A DNA stretch of 64,000 nt. Origin: an uncultured Gammaproteobacteria bacterium (GTDB lineage Bacteria > Patescibacteriota > Microgenomatia > Levybacterales > GWA1-39-11). Below the pieces are notes generated by a model. The model was not told the origin of the DNA and ran no database searches. It worked only from the letters and a program-made list of their open reading frames with translations. The translations under genes and the position numbers were made by a program. Location: contig CAZYWG010000010.1 of the NCBI GenBank assembly GCA_964651815.1, forward strand, positions 1,377 to 65,376, given 5' to 3'. Positions 46,238 to 56,747 of this stretch are shown piece after piece. Position 1 is the stretch's first letter. Every line of letters begins with the position of its first letter.

Positions 46238-47572
46238 TTGCTTATTCTAAGTTCAAGGCATTTTATGCAAAAGTTGCGAGGCGGTATTGAATTTATTTTA
46301 TCTTCATCTAAATGGGCTTCGCTGCTTCTTATTATCATCGCGCTTTTACTTATTTCCTCAATATTTCTTAAAAATGGGAATAAAGCATCCGCACAAGAAG
46401 CCATTGCAAAACCCAATCTTACTGTCACTCAAGTTCAGCTCAGAAGAAACGCGTACCCTAATGCAAATTGTAGCAACGGAACATTAGTCACAGAGGGAAT
46501 GATGCTTAACCCCGGCGAGACTATAGAGGTCTGTATGGTTTATTCAAACAATGGAACTGCTGTTTCATCGTCGAATTTTAAAATTGACAATTACATAAAC
46601 CAAACAACACAACCCGCTGCCGGAACGCGGGGTTATCAATCATATCCTTATCCGCTTGGCTCACTTGGGCCAGGCGGAAGTTATACGTTGGAAATTGGAA
46701 GTATAGTCCCAAGCACTTCCATATGTTCATCTAATTGTCATGCCGGAGTATTTATTGATAGCGACAACACCGTAAGCGAGTCGAATGAAAGTGACAACTT
46801 TGCATATTCAGTTTCCTACAGTCTCCCAGCTGTTACTACTAGCTTCTGCGTTTCATGTGCTGCTCCACCCGATGGATGTAGTTATACAGGTGGCAGTTGC
46901 CAAAGCTGTGGCACTGTGGTCTGTACCACTTCAACTCCTGCGCCAACCTGTACCCCACGTCCTGCTTGTTCTCTACCCGGTGCTAATCCTATATGCGGAC
47001 TTGTAGAACTTACCGGCGGTGGAACATATTGTCCTCTTACCACACTTGCCCCTACAACAGTCGGCGGAAATGGTGCTCAATGTAGTGTTTCTCTAGCGCA
47101 GGGCGCAAGCCAGCATGGCTCATGTCAAAGTGCATATATTTGTCAGATTAACGCGGCATCTGCTTGTACAGATTCTATGCCAGGTTCCTGCACCGGTACT
47201 TGTGTTGTAACAACTACTCCTCCAATTTGCCCTCTTCATAATTCAGGTGACGCAAACTGCGACGGAAAAATTGATATAGAGGACTTTAACGTATGGAAAG
47301 CCGATTTTCTTTCTACTTTCGGAAGTGGTAATAATCCCGGTGATTCACTTGGACTAGCAGATTTCAACAATGACAATAAAGTGGATACTGATGATTTTAA
47401 TATTTGGCGGGATGGATTTATAATAAAAAGCGCTAAAACTGGCTCATGTAGTGCTGTACCTGACGCAAATGGCGTATGTCCGGCAGGATGTGTAAACTAC
47501 GGGAATCCACTTGGATGTGTAACACAACAATATTATGATGAATGCCAAACGCAAGGAGGCTGTCCCAAATGA
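46238..47572 (+). CDS. Secreted Cys-rich protein with two dockerin-like calcium-binding repeats
   Basis: DANCDGKIDIEDFNVWKADF and DFNNDNKVDTDDFNIWRDGF match the dockerin D-x-N-x-D-G-x-x-x-x-x-D pattern. About 40 Cys in a Thr/Pro/Gly-rich region. Confidence 0.5.
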   Translation: MLILSSRHFMQKLRGGIEFILSSSKWASLLLIIIALLLISSIFLKNGNKASAQEAIAKPNLTVTQVQLRRNAYPNANCSNGTLVTEGMMLNPGETIEVCMVYSNNGTAVSSSNFKIDNYINQTTQPAAGTRGYQSYPYPLGSLGPGGSYTLEIGSIVPSTSICSSNCHAGVFIDSDNTVSESNESDNFAYSVSYSLPAVTTSFCVSCAAPPDGCSYTGGSCQSCGTVVCTTSTPAPTCTPRPACSLPGANPICGLVELTGGGTYCPLTTLAPTTVGGNGAQCSVSLAQGASQHGSCQSAYICQINAASACTDSMPGSCTGTCVVTTTPPICPLHNSGDANCDGKIDIEDFNVWKADFLSTFGSGNNPGDSLGLADFNNDNKVDTDDFNIWRDGFIIKSAKTGSCSAVPDANGVCPAGCVNYGNPLGCVTQQYYDECQTQGGCPK

Positions 47573-47598
47573 TAAAACATATTTTTTAAGAGAGAACT

Positions 47599-50118
47599 AT
47601 GGAAAATAATATAAAAGTACATTTACCAAATATAGATACACCAAATGTTTTAAAACAACTTGGGAGATTTAAATTTTTAATAGGTGTTGTGGTTTTGGCA
47701 ATTTTGGCAATCTCAATTCCTTTGACTCTAAATCAAGTTAAAAAATTCCAGGAAAGCCGCTCCCATGCCGCCGCAGGTGAGGTCTCCATAAAGTTAACCC
47801 CATATGGAGAACCATTCCATGTCGGTGACCGTGTTTCATTGGTGGCTACTGTAGAAGATCAAAATCCAAATTATGACATTTCAGCAATTGATATAACAAT
47901 TGATTACGATAAAAATCTATTGGAACCCATGCCTATATGTGCAACTCCTGAATCCGGACCGCCACCTACTACCCCAGTGGAAGGTTGTCCCGCCGGACAA
48001 ATTGTTACACAAGAGGTCTTTGATACTAACGGCTTGGGTTTTACTACTATAGTTAAAAATATAAATAAAGATACCGGCACAGTTCATTATGTAGGTGTTA
48101 ACCCCACTTCACAGATACGAAATGGCGGAGTTGGTAAAGCTGTTACATTTGGAGGTCTCAACTTTAAAGCAAAAGCGCCCGGGAGTGCCACTGTCGGCTT
48201 TTCAAATATTCACATAAACGCAGCGGGAGTTACGGGTGCCCTTCCAATTGATACAACCAACACAAAAATCGGCACATACACAATTAGCACCGGGGCACAA
48301 ACTATCAGAGAATACATGAAAGGTAATAGTGGTAAACATATTGTAACTTTTAAATGCGACTCAAACTGCAATGGGCTCACCGGGCAATCAATTCCGCTCG
48401 CCATAATTCAGGATACAGCTGACATGCTAAAGGGATATTATGACAATGACACCACAAAAACCGTGCGCCTTTTCAACGCACCAGGACTTGACGGTAATGA
48501 ATCCACATTCTCTCTTGCCACAGGGTCTGACGTTGCATCCACTATCATTCTTACCGGTTCTGCCAAATTGTCAGACGGTACATTACATGGAGACGCAAGA
48601 ACTAGCTCCGGCCAAATTCTTGAATGGGAAATGGACTCCTCCACTGGAACTACGTCTCCGGACTTACGAGGAAATTACAGACTTGCCGGAACCTGTGTCA
48701 CTGGCTGTACCGGAGATTTTATACATATTATGAAAATTACAGCCATGGACGGTGAAGTATTTTCAGGAACCGGATATTATATTGCTGATCCGTCAATAAC
48801 TTGGACAGTAACAGGAACCGTAAATCCCGCCACCAAAGTAGTCCTATTTCATATAGTCTATACCGGAACAACTGCAGGTTACTCATCAGAATTCACGGGT
48901 ACTTTAAAGAGCGATGGAAGCATGTCTGGGACTAACACTTCAAGCCAAAACCAAACCGGCACATGGATTTTAACACCTTTAAAAAGCCTAAAAGGTCTTT
49001 ACAATTTAGATGCCACCTGCACAATAAATTGTACAGGTGATTATATTCATACTGTGAATATTACGGATGAAAATATAGACACAGGAACCTTTTCCGGAAA
49101 AGGAATCTATAATGGCGATACTTCAGTTACGTGGGATATTACAGGTACTGAAAATTGGGTCAATAAAACTATGACTTTCCACTTAAATTACACTGGCACA
49201 GGCGCCGGCTATAAAGCAGATGGAACAGGGAAAATCCGTGATGACGGAACTATGGATGGAACTGACACCACTAGCCAAAACCAAACCGCCAATTGGAAAA
49301 TGACACCTATTAAACCTACTCACTGTGGAGGAAATACTGCAAATCCGCTCACTTGCCAGGCCGGCCAAGTTTGTATTCCAGTTCCAGGGCAAAATGCACC
49401 TGCGGGGGATGTTGGCGGAATTTGTGTCGTCTCCGAACAACCACAGTCATGCACAGATGATTCTTCATGTCCAGCAGGATACACCTGCAATGTAGTTGCA
49501 GTTGCGGGAGCTGTACCTGGCACAAATGGCACAGGTGGAGTTAACAGTTCTGAATTAAAACAGTGCGTACTCACAGGTGGAACGTCATTAAGCCTTTCTT
49601 TGAAGCTTCCTGGTGTAGGCAATGGCGCTGCCAGCCTGCAACTTAATGCAAACCCTAAAAGACTAGAAAGGGGTGTAACTATAGTTTTGTCTAATTCACA
49701 AAATCAGCAATTGGAATCTGTCACTGGAAAATTACTCTACGATAGGACAAGTGGCTTATATAAAGGAATTATAAATCTCGGCAAAACTATACAAACGGGC
49801 GCATATCTTATAAAAGTCAGTGTTGACAATAGCTTGCGCAAATCCCTACCTGGAATCCAAAATATTACGGTAGACACAATCAATCAGAGTTCAACCATAG
49901 AATTTCTTCAGGGGGATATAGTTGCAAGTGACGGAACGGCACAGCAAGATAACGTTATAGATGTAGCCGACTATACAACATTCCTTGCGTGCTACCGCAA
50001 AGCAACATCGTGTACAGCGGAAATTAAATCAAGGGCGGATTTCACAGATGATGGTGTAGTTGACGATAAGGACCTGAACATCCTTTATACTGCCTTTAAG
50101 GCAAGACAAGGAGATTAA
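47599..50118 (+). CDS. Large surface protein with an N-terminal cohesin-like segment, two internal about 105-aa tandem repeats, and a C-terminal dockerin-like repeat
   Basis: IDITIDYDKNLLEP is cohesin-like. The repeat units start RGNYRLAGTCVTGCTGDFIH... and KGLYNLDATCTINCTGDYIH.... C-terminal DFTDDGVVDDKDLNILYTAF is dockerin-like. Confidence 0.5.
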   Translation: MENNIKVHLPNIDTPNVLKQLGRFKFLIGVVVLAILAISIPLTLNQVKKFQESRSHAAAGEVSIKLTPYGEPFHVGDRVSLVATVEDQNPNYDISAIDITIDYDKNLLEPMPICATPESGPPPTTPVEGCPAGQIVTQEVFDTNGLGFTTIVKNINKDTGTVHYVGVNPTSQIRNGGVGKAVTFGGLNFKAKAPGSATVGFSNIHINAAGVTGALPIDTTNTKIGTYTISTGAQTIREYMKGNSGKHIVTFKCDSNCNGLTGQSIPLAIIQDTADMLKGYYDNDTTKTVRLFNAPGLDGNESTFSLATGSDVASTIILTGSAKLSDGTLHGDARTSSGQILEWEMDSSTGTTSPDLRGNYRLAGTCVTGCTGDFIHIMKITAMDGEVFSGTGYYIADPSITWTVTGTVNPATKVVLFHIVYTGTTAGYSSEFTGTLKSDGSMSGTNTSSQNQTGTWILTPLKSLKGLYNLDATCTINCTGDYIHTVNITDENIDTGTFSGKGIYNGDTSVTWDITGTENWVNKTMTFHLNYTGTGAGYKADGTGKIRDDGTMDGTDTTSQNQTANWKMTPIKPTHCGGNTANPLTCQAGQVCIPVPGQNAPAGDVGGICVVSEQPQSCTDDSSCPAGYTCNVVAVAGAVPGTNGTGGVNSSELKQCVLTGGTSLSLSLKLPGVGNGAASLQLNANPKRLERGVTIVLSNSQNQQLESVTGKLLYDRTSGLYKGIINLGKTIQTGAYLIKVSVDNSLRKSLPGIQNITVDTINQSSTIEFLQGDIVASDGTAQQDNVIDVADYTTFLACYRKATSCTAEIKSRADFTDDGVVDDKDLNILYTAFKARQGD

Positions 50119-50239
50119 GAGAATTTCGAAATTAGAATTTAGAATTTGGGGTTGAAAATTAAGACTTTACAAAAATTAAAATAAGTACTAACCTATTATT
50201 AGCGTTCTATTCTAGATTCTAAACTATAAATTATTAAAT

Positions 50240-50890
50240 ATGCCTAAAAAAACTACAGTTCTTATAGCAATTCTTGCAGTTGTCACAGTGGTTCTTTTGG
50301 GTCTTGCGCTTATCCAGAGCCAAAAACAAAATACACTTATGACAAGTATCTCGCCTACTCCAAAACCGGTTGAAAAAACAGCCAAAATTTTCTTTAACCC
50401 TGGGACGTGGGATTCAACTTCTGCTACAACTCCAACTGCGTCAGTTGACATCATTATAGACTCTGGAAATAGTGCTCTAGCAGGTGCGCAAGTAGAACTT
50501 CAATATGATCCAAAAGCACTTAGTAATGTAAAAGTTGCGCCAGACGTGAGTACAAACAGTTTTTTTGGTGGCACGGCCAACGTTTTATTTAATGAAAATA
50601 CACAAAGCTCAGGAAAAGTTGAATTTGCTATCGGAATTCCTCCTACTGGGACCGCAAAAAAGGGCTCGGGAAAAATTGCAACATTATCATTTCAAAAATT
50701 ACCGGGCACAACAGAGGCTTCTACTACTATAGTTTTCCTTAACAAAACCTTGGTCTTAATGCTTGATTCTTCACAATCCGTCTTGAAAGATACAACTCCT
50801 CTCATGATAACGCTTGGACAAGCACAACCCAACAAATATCTCCCTCCAACAACCCAGGCACCTTCCAAATCTACCGCCCCTTCTTATTAA
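50240..50890 (+). CDS. Membrane-anchored cohesin-like domain protein (minimal scaffoldin-like)
   Basis: Signal anchor, then SVDIIIDSGNSALAGAQVELQYDPKALSNVKV...GKIATLSFQKL, the type-I cohesin beta-sandwich pattern. Confidence 0.45.
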   Translation: MPKKTTVLIAILAVVTVVLLGLALIQSQKQNTLMTSISPTPKPVEKTAKIFFNPGTWDSTSATTPTASVDIIIDSGNSALAGAQVELQYDPKALSNVKVAPDVSTNSFFGGTANVLFNENTQSSGKVEFAIGIPPTGTAKKGSGKIATLSFQKLPGTTEASTTIVFLNKTLVLMLDSSQSVLKDTTPLMITLGQAQPNKYLPPTTQAPSKSTAPSY

Positions 50891-50980
50891 TAACCCACAA
50901 CCCTGAAAATCATCAAGTGTTGAGTTTGGGCACGCTTCTCTGTTAAAATATGTAATTCCGGCAAAAAGCGAATATTGCTG

Positions 50981-51052
50981 GGGTCGCTAGTTCATCGGTA
51001 GAACGCTTTCCTGATAAGAAAGAGGTGCTAAGTTCGACTCTTAGGCGACCCA
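50981..51052 (+). tRNA. tRNA-Ile (anticodon GAT)
   Basis: Hand-folded: acceptor GGGTCGC/GCGACCC, D-arm GTTC/GAAC with GG, anticodon stem CTTTC/GAAAG with loop CTGATAA, T-arm CTAAG-TTCGACT-CTTAG, discriminator A. No CCA encoded. Confidence 0.85.
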
Positions 51053-51077
51053 CACTGAAAAATGTTTCATTTTTAAG

Positions 51078-51110
51078 TAGCCCAAGCATTTTAATGCTTG
51101 GGCTACTTCT
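51078..51110 (+). terminator. Perfect 13-bp hairpin (GTAGCCCAAGCAT-ttta-ATGCTTGGGCTAC) downstream of tRNA-Ile; a weak U tract (TTCT) follows
   Basis: Read directly. Putative terminator or processing hairpin. Confidence 0.45.
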
Positions 51111-51239
51111 AAACCAGACGAAGCATCATTCTGGAACGTACGCTTAAACAACGTTATTTTCGATTATTATAGAACTCAAACTCTTGACAACAACTTCATT
51201 CGTCGCTTAAGCTAGATAAACATTAGGGAATATTTTCTT

Positions 51240-52859
51240 ATGAAAAAAAAACCGCTATATATTTCTGTTGTCTTTTTAATTGCTTCACTGGTCGCGATTT
51301 TCCTTGATAAATTTTCTGATTTAACAACTATTTTTGAGATCCTTTCCGTACTCATATTAGTTTCAATTATTCTTCTTAGGGTAAATATTAAAAGGCTAAA
51401 GTTTAACGTGTTAAACAACCCTATTTCAAGCTCCATTCTTTTATTCTCTCTTTCTCTTTTTATTATCCTTCTAATTACTTCAACCGGCGCATTTTTTAGT
51501 CCTCTCCTTATTACGCTTCACATTACAACTCTTTGTATAGCTTTTCTGCTTTCATTTCCGCTTGCTATGGTATTTTTGTTTTCCGGAGTTCTTGCACTAT
51601 CTATACATTCTTATACAATTTATGCTTCACACGCGGCTACTTTTGACCCTGCACTACTTATAATTCAGCTGGCATCAATAGTTGGAATCATACCTTTTTC
51701 CTCAATTGCGGCAACACGTTACCATGTTCGTGAGAAAATTGCAGATTATTTTTTTGCAGAACTATCCCTCAGTAAATCGGAAGAAAGTTTGATTCTTGAT
51801 AATATTGCCGAGGGAGTTATAACTATGAATAGAAAATTTTCTATAGTCAAAATTAATAAAATTGCGGAAAACTTGTCCGGATTTAAACCTGAAGAATTAG
51901 CGGAAAAAGATTTTTTTGAAGTTTTTAAATTATATGACATTAAAAAAGATTTAATTACAAAAGATCAATTTCCGATACATGACCTTCTCAACCATCAAAC
52001 AGGATTTTCAGAATCGGGTCTTTTTATGCAAAAAAAAGACAGCGAGCTTTTTAATATAGATTTTAAATTTTCATCAGTTGTTGGGGCTGAAGGAAAAATT
52101 GAGGCTTTTTTGTTTGTTTTTAATGAAAGGCAAAGAAACTTGGCGAGCTCCTTACCCGTTTCTGTTTTGCAAGGAAGTTTTGATAAATTTCAACGCTTAA
52201 TTAGCAGCTTAAATGAAAACATTACAACTCTAGAACAAAATTCCGACCTGTCAAGCAAGGATATAGTTACAAATCTCAATAAAAACTCAAAAAGGATGCT
52301 CCATGCATATAAAAATCTTCATACGCTTTACGAACTTTCAATGGGTGAAATTCCAGGACTTCTCTCAGACCTTGATGTAGGTAAAACAGTTGTTAAAATG
52401 ATTGATGAAGCGGGAGATCTTGCAAAACAATATAATGTATCCTTAATCAACTCCGCACCAATTGCACCCTCTCTTCCAATTAAAACTAACAAAATTATTT
52501 TTGAAGAAGCTATTGGGAAAATAATTGAGCTTGGAATTTTTATTGCCTCTTCTTCTCAAGATCAATTTATAATTGTTTCCATTGGATCCTCCCAAGATAA
52601 TATTTTTGTTTTTGTGAAAGCGGCGGCTTACGAAAATTTTCCTTGGTCCGCCGCGGACGAACTGTTAAAACCGTTTTTTGGGACGCTTTCTGATACACAC
52701 GAGTTATCAGAGGCAAGTGGACTTGAAGGATATCTTGCAGACCGCCTTCTTAAGGAAAAAGGAATATCAGGAGGAATAACAGCGGCAAAATTCGAAGACG
52801 GACTAAACCATCCCCAGCTTATTCTCACTGTTATTTTACCAAATTCCGAAAGTACATAA
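51240..52859 (+). CDS. Membrane sensor protein with a PAS domain and a degenerate histidine-kinase-like C-terminus
   Basis: 6 TM. LILDNIAEGVITMNRKFSIVKINKIAENLSGFKPEELAEKDF is PAS-like. G1/G2 ATPase boxes are degenerate. Confidence 0.45.
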   Translation: MKKKPLYISVVFLIASLVAIFLDKFSDLTTIFEILSVLILVSIILLRVNIKRLKFNVLNNPISSSILLFSLSLFIILLITSTGAFFSPLLITLHITTLCIAFLLSFPLAMVFLFSGVLALSIHSYTIYASHAATFDPALLIIQLASIVGIIPFSSIAATRYHVREKIADYFFAELSLSKSEESLILDNIAEGVITMNRKFSIVKINKIAENLSGFKPEELAEKDFFEVFKLYDIKKDLITKDQFPIHDLLNHQTGFSESGLFMQKKDSELFNIDFKFSSVVGAEGKIEAFLFVFNERQRNLASSLPVSVLQGSFDKFQRLISSLNENITTLEQNSDLSSKDIVTNLNKNSKRMLHAYKNLHTLYELSMGEIPGLLSDLDVGKTVVKMIDEAGDLAKQYNVSLINSAPIAPSLPIKTNKIIFEEAIGKIIELGIFIASSSQDQFIIVSIGSSQDNIFVFVKAAAYENFPWSAADELLKPFFGTLSDTHELSEASGLEGYLADRLLKEKGISGGITAAKFEDGLNHPQLILTVILPNSEST

Positions 52860-52881
52860 AGTTTTTAAAAGCAAAGGCTTC

Positions 52882-52911
52882 TTGACAATTGCATAATTTT
52901 CGTTTCATAAT
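52882..52911 (+). promoter_or_regulatory. Sigma70-like promoter TTGACA–17–TCATAAT upstream of the GH5 gene (TTG start at 52938, short leader)
   Basis: Hexamers and spacing read directly. Confidence 0.4.
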
Positions 52912-52937
52912 GAATTCAAGGCATACTTTTCACAACC

Positions 52938-54452
52938 TTGAAGAATTTATTAACGCACTACAGAAAATCCATCAATCCCCCATATGGCGGAAAAGATTAT
53001 CCCGCTATCGCAGCAACCTTATTGTTTCTTCTAGTTTCATTAGTTGTAATAATAAGTCTTCCCAATAAGCTAAACCAAAACGCTTATCCAAAAAGCGGCT
53101 CTGCACAAACTGTTACAAACAGAATAACATGGCAAGGAAACAACTGGTATATTCACGGCGCAAACGTTCCATGGTACAACTGGGGGTGTGATTTTGGGTG
53201 TAACTCAACAAATGGGAAAAGCGGCGGCGTTTCGAACAACCTAAGCAATCTCACTGTAGCATTCCAACAGGCAAAAAATTCAGGAGTTCATGTTTTAAGG
53301 TGGTGGGTTTTTCCGGGTGATCCGTGGCAAATCACGCGTGACAGCGCGGGCCCAACCGGAATTGATCCTGCCGTATATCCTGATTTTGATGCGGCTTTAA
53401 ATCTTGCAAACCAATATGATATGTACTTTAATTTTATGTTGTTTTCTGCACCCACTGCTATGCCAAGTGCATGGGAGACTGATACAACCCAGAGAGGCAA
53501 ATTAGTTCAAGCGCTCAGCACTCTTTTTGCGCATTATGCCGGCAATCCAAGAATACTGTCTTGGGAAATTTACAACGAACCGGAAAATGACATTTGGAAT
53601 AATAGGATAGCTCAACAACCCGTTGTTGATACCGGTACTGCTATTGCAACTGCAGTCCACTCAAGTTCTCCAGGGACGCTTGTCACGGTAGGAAGTTTAT
53701 TTGCTGATGGAATGAAAATGTGGCTAAATGCTGGACTTGACTACTATTCTCCTCACTGGTATGACTACATGAGCGGTGGCGATTATTGCATGATTTGTCA
53801 CAATTATAGTTATTATTCTGCTTGGGGAGTAACAAAACCAATTGTAGTTGGTGAATTTTATTCGGGAACAAGCGCAACGACACCGACATCTTCAAACAGG
53901 TATGATTATTGGTATAACAACGGCTATGCTGGCGCGTGGGCTTGGTCATTATTCCCAAGTCATACTAGCGACGGTTTGCAAATTGATTTTACTGCTGCAA
54001 CAAATTTTGCTTCTCAACATGCAGATATTGGGCCAATTGCCGGATTTTCCTCAACCCCAACGCCTACTCAGGCCGTATCCTTGACACCTACCCCCGCAAT
54101 CTCACAGGCACCATCTTCTACTCCCACACCATCGCCAAGCCTTACTCCTGTACCGACAGTAGGATCAAATGACGCAACCGCTCCAACTGTGACTATCACC
54201 TCGCCTTTAGCCGGCTCAACTGTAGCTGTTAGGAAGAATGTAACAATTCAAGCAACTGCCTCTGACAACGTTGGAGTTTCGAGGGTAGAATTCTATATCA
54301 ATGGAACGCTGACCTGTACCGACATTTCGAGCCCCTACTCTTGTTCTTGGAAAGTTCCTGGCTCAAAGAACAGAACTTACAAATTGTCTGCCAAGGCGTC
54401 GGATGCTGCCGGTAATAATTCAACAAGCTCAATTAGTGTTACTGCAAGATAA
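52938..54452 (+). CDS. Glycoside hydrolase family 5-like (cellulase/mannanase clan GH-A) with a C-terminal Ig-like domain. Signal-anchored with an N-terminal YRKSINPPY motif.
   Basis: WEIYNEPEN (GH5 acid/base NEP motif), then a Thr/Pro linker and a 95-aa Ig-like domain shared with four neighbours. Confidence 0.65.
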   Translation: MKNLLTHYRKSINPPYGGKDYPAIAATLLFLLVSLVVIISLPNKLNQNAYPKSGSAQTVTNRITWQGNNWYIHGANVPWYNWGCDFGCNSTNGKSGGVSNNLSNLTVAFQQAKNSGVHVLRWWVFPGDPWQITRDSAGPTGIDPAVYPDFDAALNLANQYDMYFNFMLFSAPTAMPSAWETDTTQRGKLVQALSTLFAHYAGNPRILSWEIYNEPENDIWNNRIAQQPVVDTGTAIATAVHSSSPGTLVTVGSLFADGMKMWLNAGLDYYSPHWYDYMSGGDYCMICHNYSYYSAWGVTKPIVVGEFYSGTSATTPTSSNRYDYWYNNGYAGAWAWSLFPSHTSDGLQIDFTAATNFASQHADIGPIAGFSSTPTPTQAVSLTPTPAISQAPSSTPTPSPSLTPVPTVGSNDATAPTVTITSPLAGSTVAVRKNVTIQATASDNVGVSRVEFYINGTLTCTDISSPYSCSWKVPGSKNRTYKLSAKASDAAGNNSTSSISVTAR

Positions 54453-54500
54453 CATATTCAATAGTCTAGAAACTAGCTACTGGCAAAATACGGCAGGGAA

Positions 54501-56747
54501 ATGAAATTGAAACAACTTATACAAACATATAGAAAAGGGATTAATCCACCATATTCTAAAAAAGATTTCCCAATTGTTGCAGGTACTCTACTCGTTTTGC
54601 TTATTGTTACTCTTGTTGTAGTTATTCTTCCTAATCAATATAAGAGTAAACAAACAGAAAACACTCATGCACAGGAAGTAAAAAAGATTGAGGTACAAGC
54701 TGCACCAGACGAAATTTTAGTAAAATTTAAACCAGGGGCAACAGAACGGATTAAAAATTCTGTCAGGCGGGCATTTGGACTAACCAAAAAAGATGAACTT
54801 ACGCAAATTGGTGTTGAAGTATTGAAAACAACTCCGGTGAACCGGGATCACATCGCCGAAGCGTTAAATAAACGACCTGAAGTTCAGTTTGCGCAACTCA
54901 ATTTTATTACTAAACCTGCAATTGTACCAAATGACACTAATTATTCTACACAATGGCACTTACCTGATATTTCTGCAGATAGAGCTTGGGATGTTGCAAA
55001 AGCTACTGGAATCCTAATAGGAATGTGTGATACAGGAGTAAATCAAGTTCCGGATCTAGCCCCGGTCTTGCGGACAGATCTTGGTTGGAACGCGGTTGAT
55101 GGATCTAGCAACTTCAGTGACCCCATAGGGCACGGAACCGGTACGGCGGGTGCGGCTGCGGCAGCAACAAACAATGCTCTTGGGGTAGCTGGCGTTGCTT
55201 GGGGAGCACAAATTATACCTGTTAGAGTCAGCAATCTTTCGGATGGTTCCGCGTATACAAGTGATATTGCAAAATGTATTAATTATTCGGCAGATCATGG
55301 AGCAAAAGCTATCAATGCTTCCTACGGTGTAGCCGGCGACTCAACTATCAATTCAGCCGGACTTTATGCACAGAGCAAAGGAGCATTGCTTACTATTTCT
55401 GCCGGAAATAGTGGTTTGGATCCAGGATGGTCTAACTTGCCAGGTATTATTGCAGTTTCCGCTATGGACACTCTTAACAATCCTGCTACCTTTACAAATT
55501 TCGGAAATTTTATTGATGTGGCAGCCCCAGGTGCAAGTATTTATACTACAAAAAATGACGGAAACTATTGGTATACTGCAGGTACGTCTTTTAGCGCGCC
55601 GATTGCAGCCGGAGTGATTGGCCTTATTTTCGGCGCAAAACCCTCATTAACTGCAGCTCAGGCTCAGGATATTTTGTTTAAAAATTCGGATGATCTTGGG
55701 ATCTCTGGATGGGATAAATATTTTGGATGGGGACGAGTTAATGCGCTCCGCACTGTAGATGCAGCCCTGGGTCTTGCACCGGACACTACGGCACCCATTG
55801 TTTCCATTACCAATCCTATAACAAATTCTACTGTTTCCGGCCAATCTGTATCAATTAGTACACAAGCTTCAGATAATTTTGGAGTAACTAAAGAAGAACT
55901 TTATATAGACAACGCTCTAATTGGAACAACGACCTGGTTCTTCTCCGGTGGAACTGCATCGTTCACTTGGGACTCAAGAACCGTTCCAAATGGATCACAT
56001 ACTATCATCGCCAAAGCTTATGATGGGGCAGATAATGCTGGAACTTCAACATCTGTAATAATCAATGTTGTGAATTCTTCCGATATCACTGATCCCACAA
56101 TTTCAATCACAAGTCCGGCAAACAACACCACTGTTTCCGGAACTATAAATGTTGCAGCAATAGCATCAGATAACATTGGTGTAGTAAAAGTAACTTTTGA
56201 TAAGTTTGGTGCACCGTTACAAACATTTACTAACCCTCCTTATTCTTTTTCCTGGGACACAAATGCCGCATTGGCGAGCCAATGTCCAACCACATGTATA
56301 ACAAATATTCAGGCGACAGCATATGATGCCGCTGGAAATTATGCATCTGCAAACGTAGGTATAACTTATAACAATAGTGGTGTAACTACCTCTCCTACAG
56401 CAACACCAACAATTGGTTTATCTCCCACAAATACTCCCATTCCATCCCCTACACCTTCCTTAACAGATCATACTTCGCCAACTGTAACTATCTCCTCTCC
56501 TCTCGCGGGGTCAACAGTAGCGGTTCGTTCAAATGTAAATATCCAAGCAACAGCTTCTGACAATATTGGAGTTGCCCGAACAGAGTTCTATGTCAATGGA
56601 ACTCTCACTTGTAGCGATACGAGCTCACCCTACTCTTGTTCTTGGAAAGTGCCGGGAGCTAAGAATAAAAGCTATTCGATTAGTGCAAAAACGTATGATG
56701 CTGCTGGAAATAATTCAACAAGCTCAATTAGTGTAACGGCAAAATGA
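54501..56747 (+). CDS. Subtilisin-like serine protease (peptidase S8) with I9 propeptide and three C-terminal Ig-like domains. N-terminal YRKGINPPY motif.
   Basis: Catalytic triad contexts GMCDTGVN (Asp), HGTGTAG (His), GTSFSAPIAAG (Ser). Confidence 0.8.
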   Translation: MKLKQLIQTYRKGINPPYSKKDFPIVAGTLLVLLIVTLVVVILPNQYKSKQTENTHAQEVKKIEVQAAPDEILVKFKPGATERIKNSVRRAFGLTKKDELTQIGVEVLKTTPVNRDHIAEALNKRPEVQFAQLNFITKPAIVPNDTNYSTQWHLPDISADRAWDVAKATGILIGMCDTGVNQVPDLAPVLRTDLGWNAVDGSSNFSDPIGHGTGTAGAAAAATNNALGVAGVAWGAQIIPVRVSNLSDGSAYTSDIAKCINYSADHGAKAINASYGVAGDSTINSAGLYAQSKGALLTISAGNSGLDPGWSNLPGIIAVSAMDTLNNPATFTNFGNFIDVAAPGASIYTTKNDGNYWYTAGTSFSAPIAAGVIGLIFGAKPSLTAAQAQDILFKNSDDLGISGWDKYFGWGRVNALRTVDAALGLAPDTTAPIVSITNPITNSTVSGQSVSISTQASDNFGVTKEELYIDNALIGTTTWFFSGGTASFTWDSRTVPNGSHTIIAKAYDGADNAGTSTSVIINVVNSSDITDPTISITSPANNTTVSGTINVAAIASDNIGVVKVTFDKFGAPLQTFTNPPYSFSWDTNAALASQCPTTCITNIQATAYDAAGNYASANVGITYNNSGVTTSPTATPTIGLSPTNTPIPSPTPSLTDHTSPTVTISSPLAGSTVAVRSNVNIQATASDNIGVARTEFYVNGTLTCSDTSSPYSCSWKVPGAKNKSYSISAKTYDAAGNNSTSSISVTAK

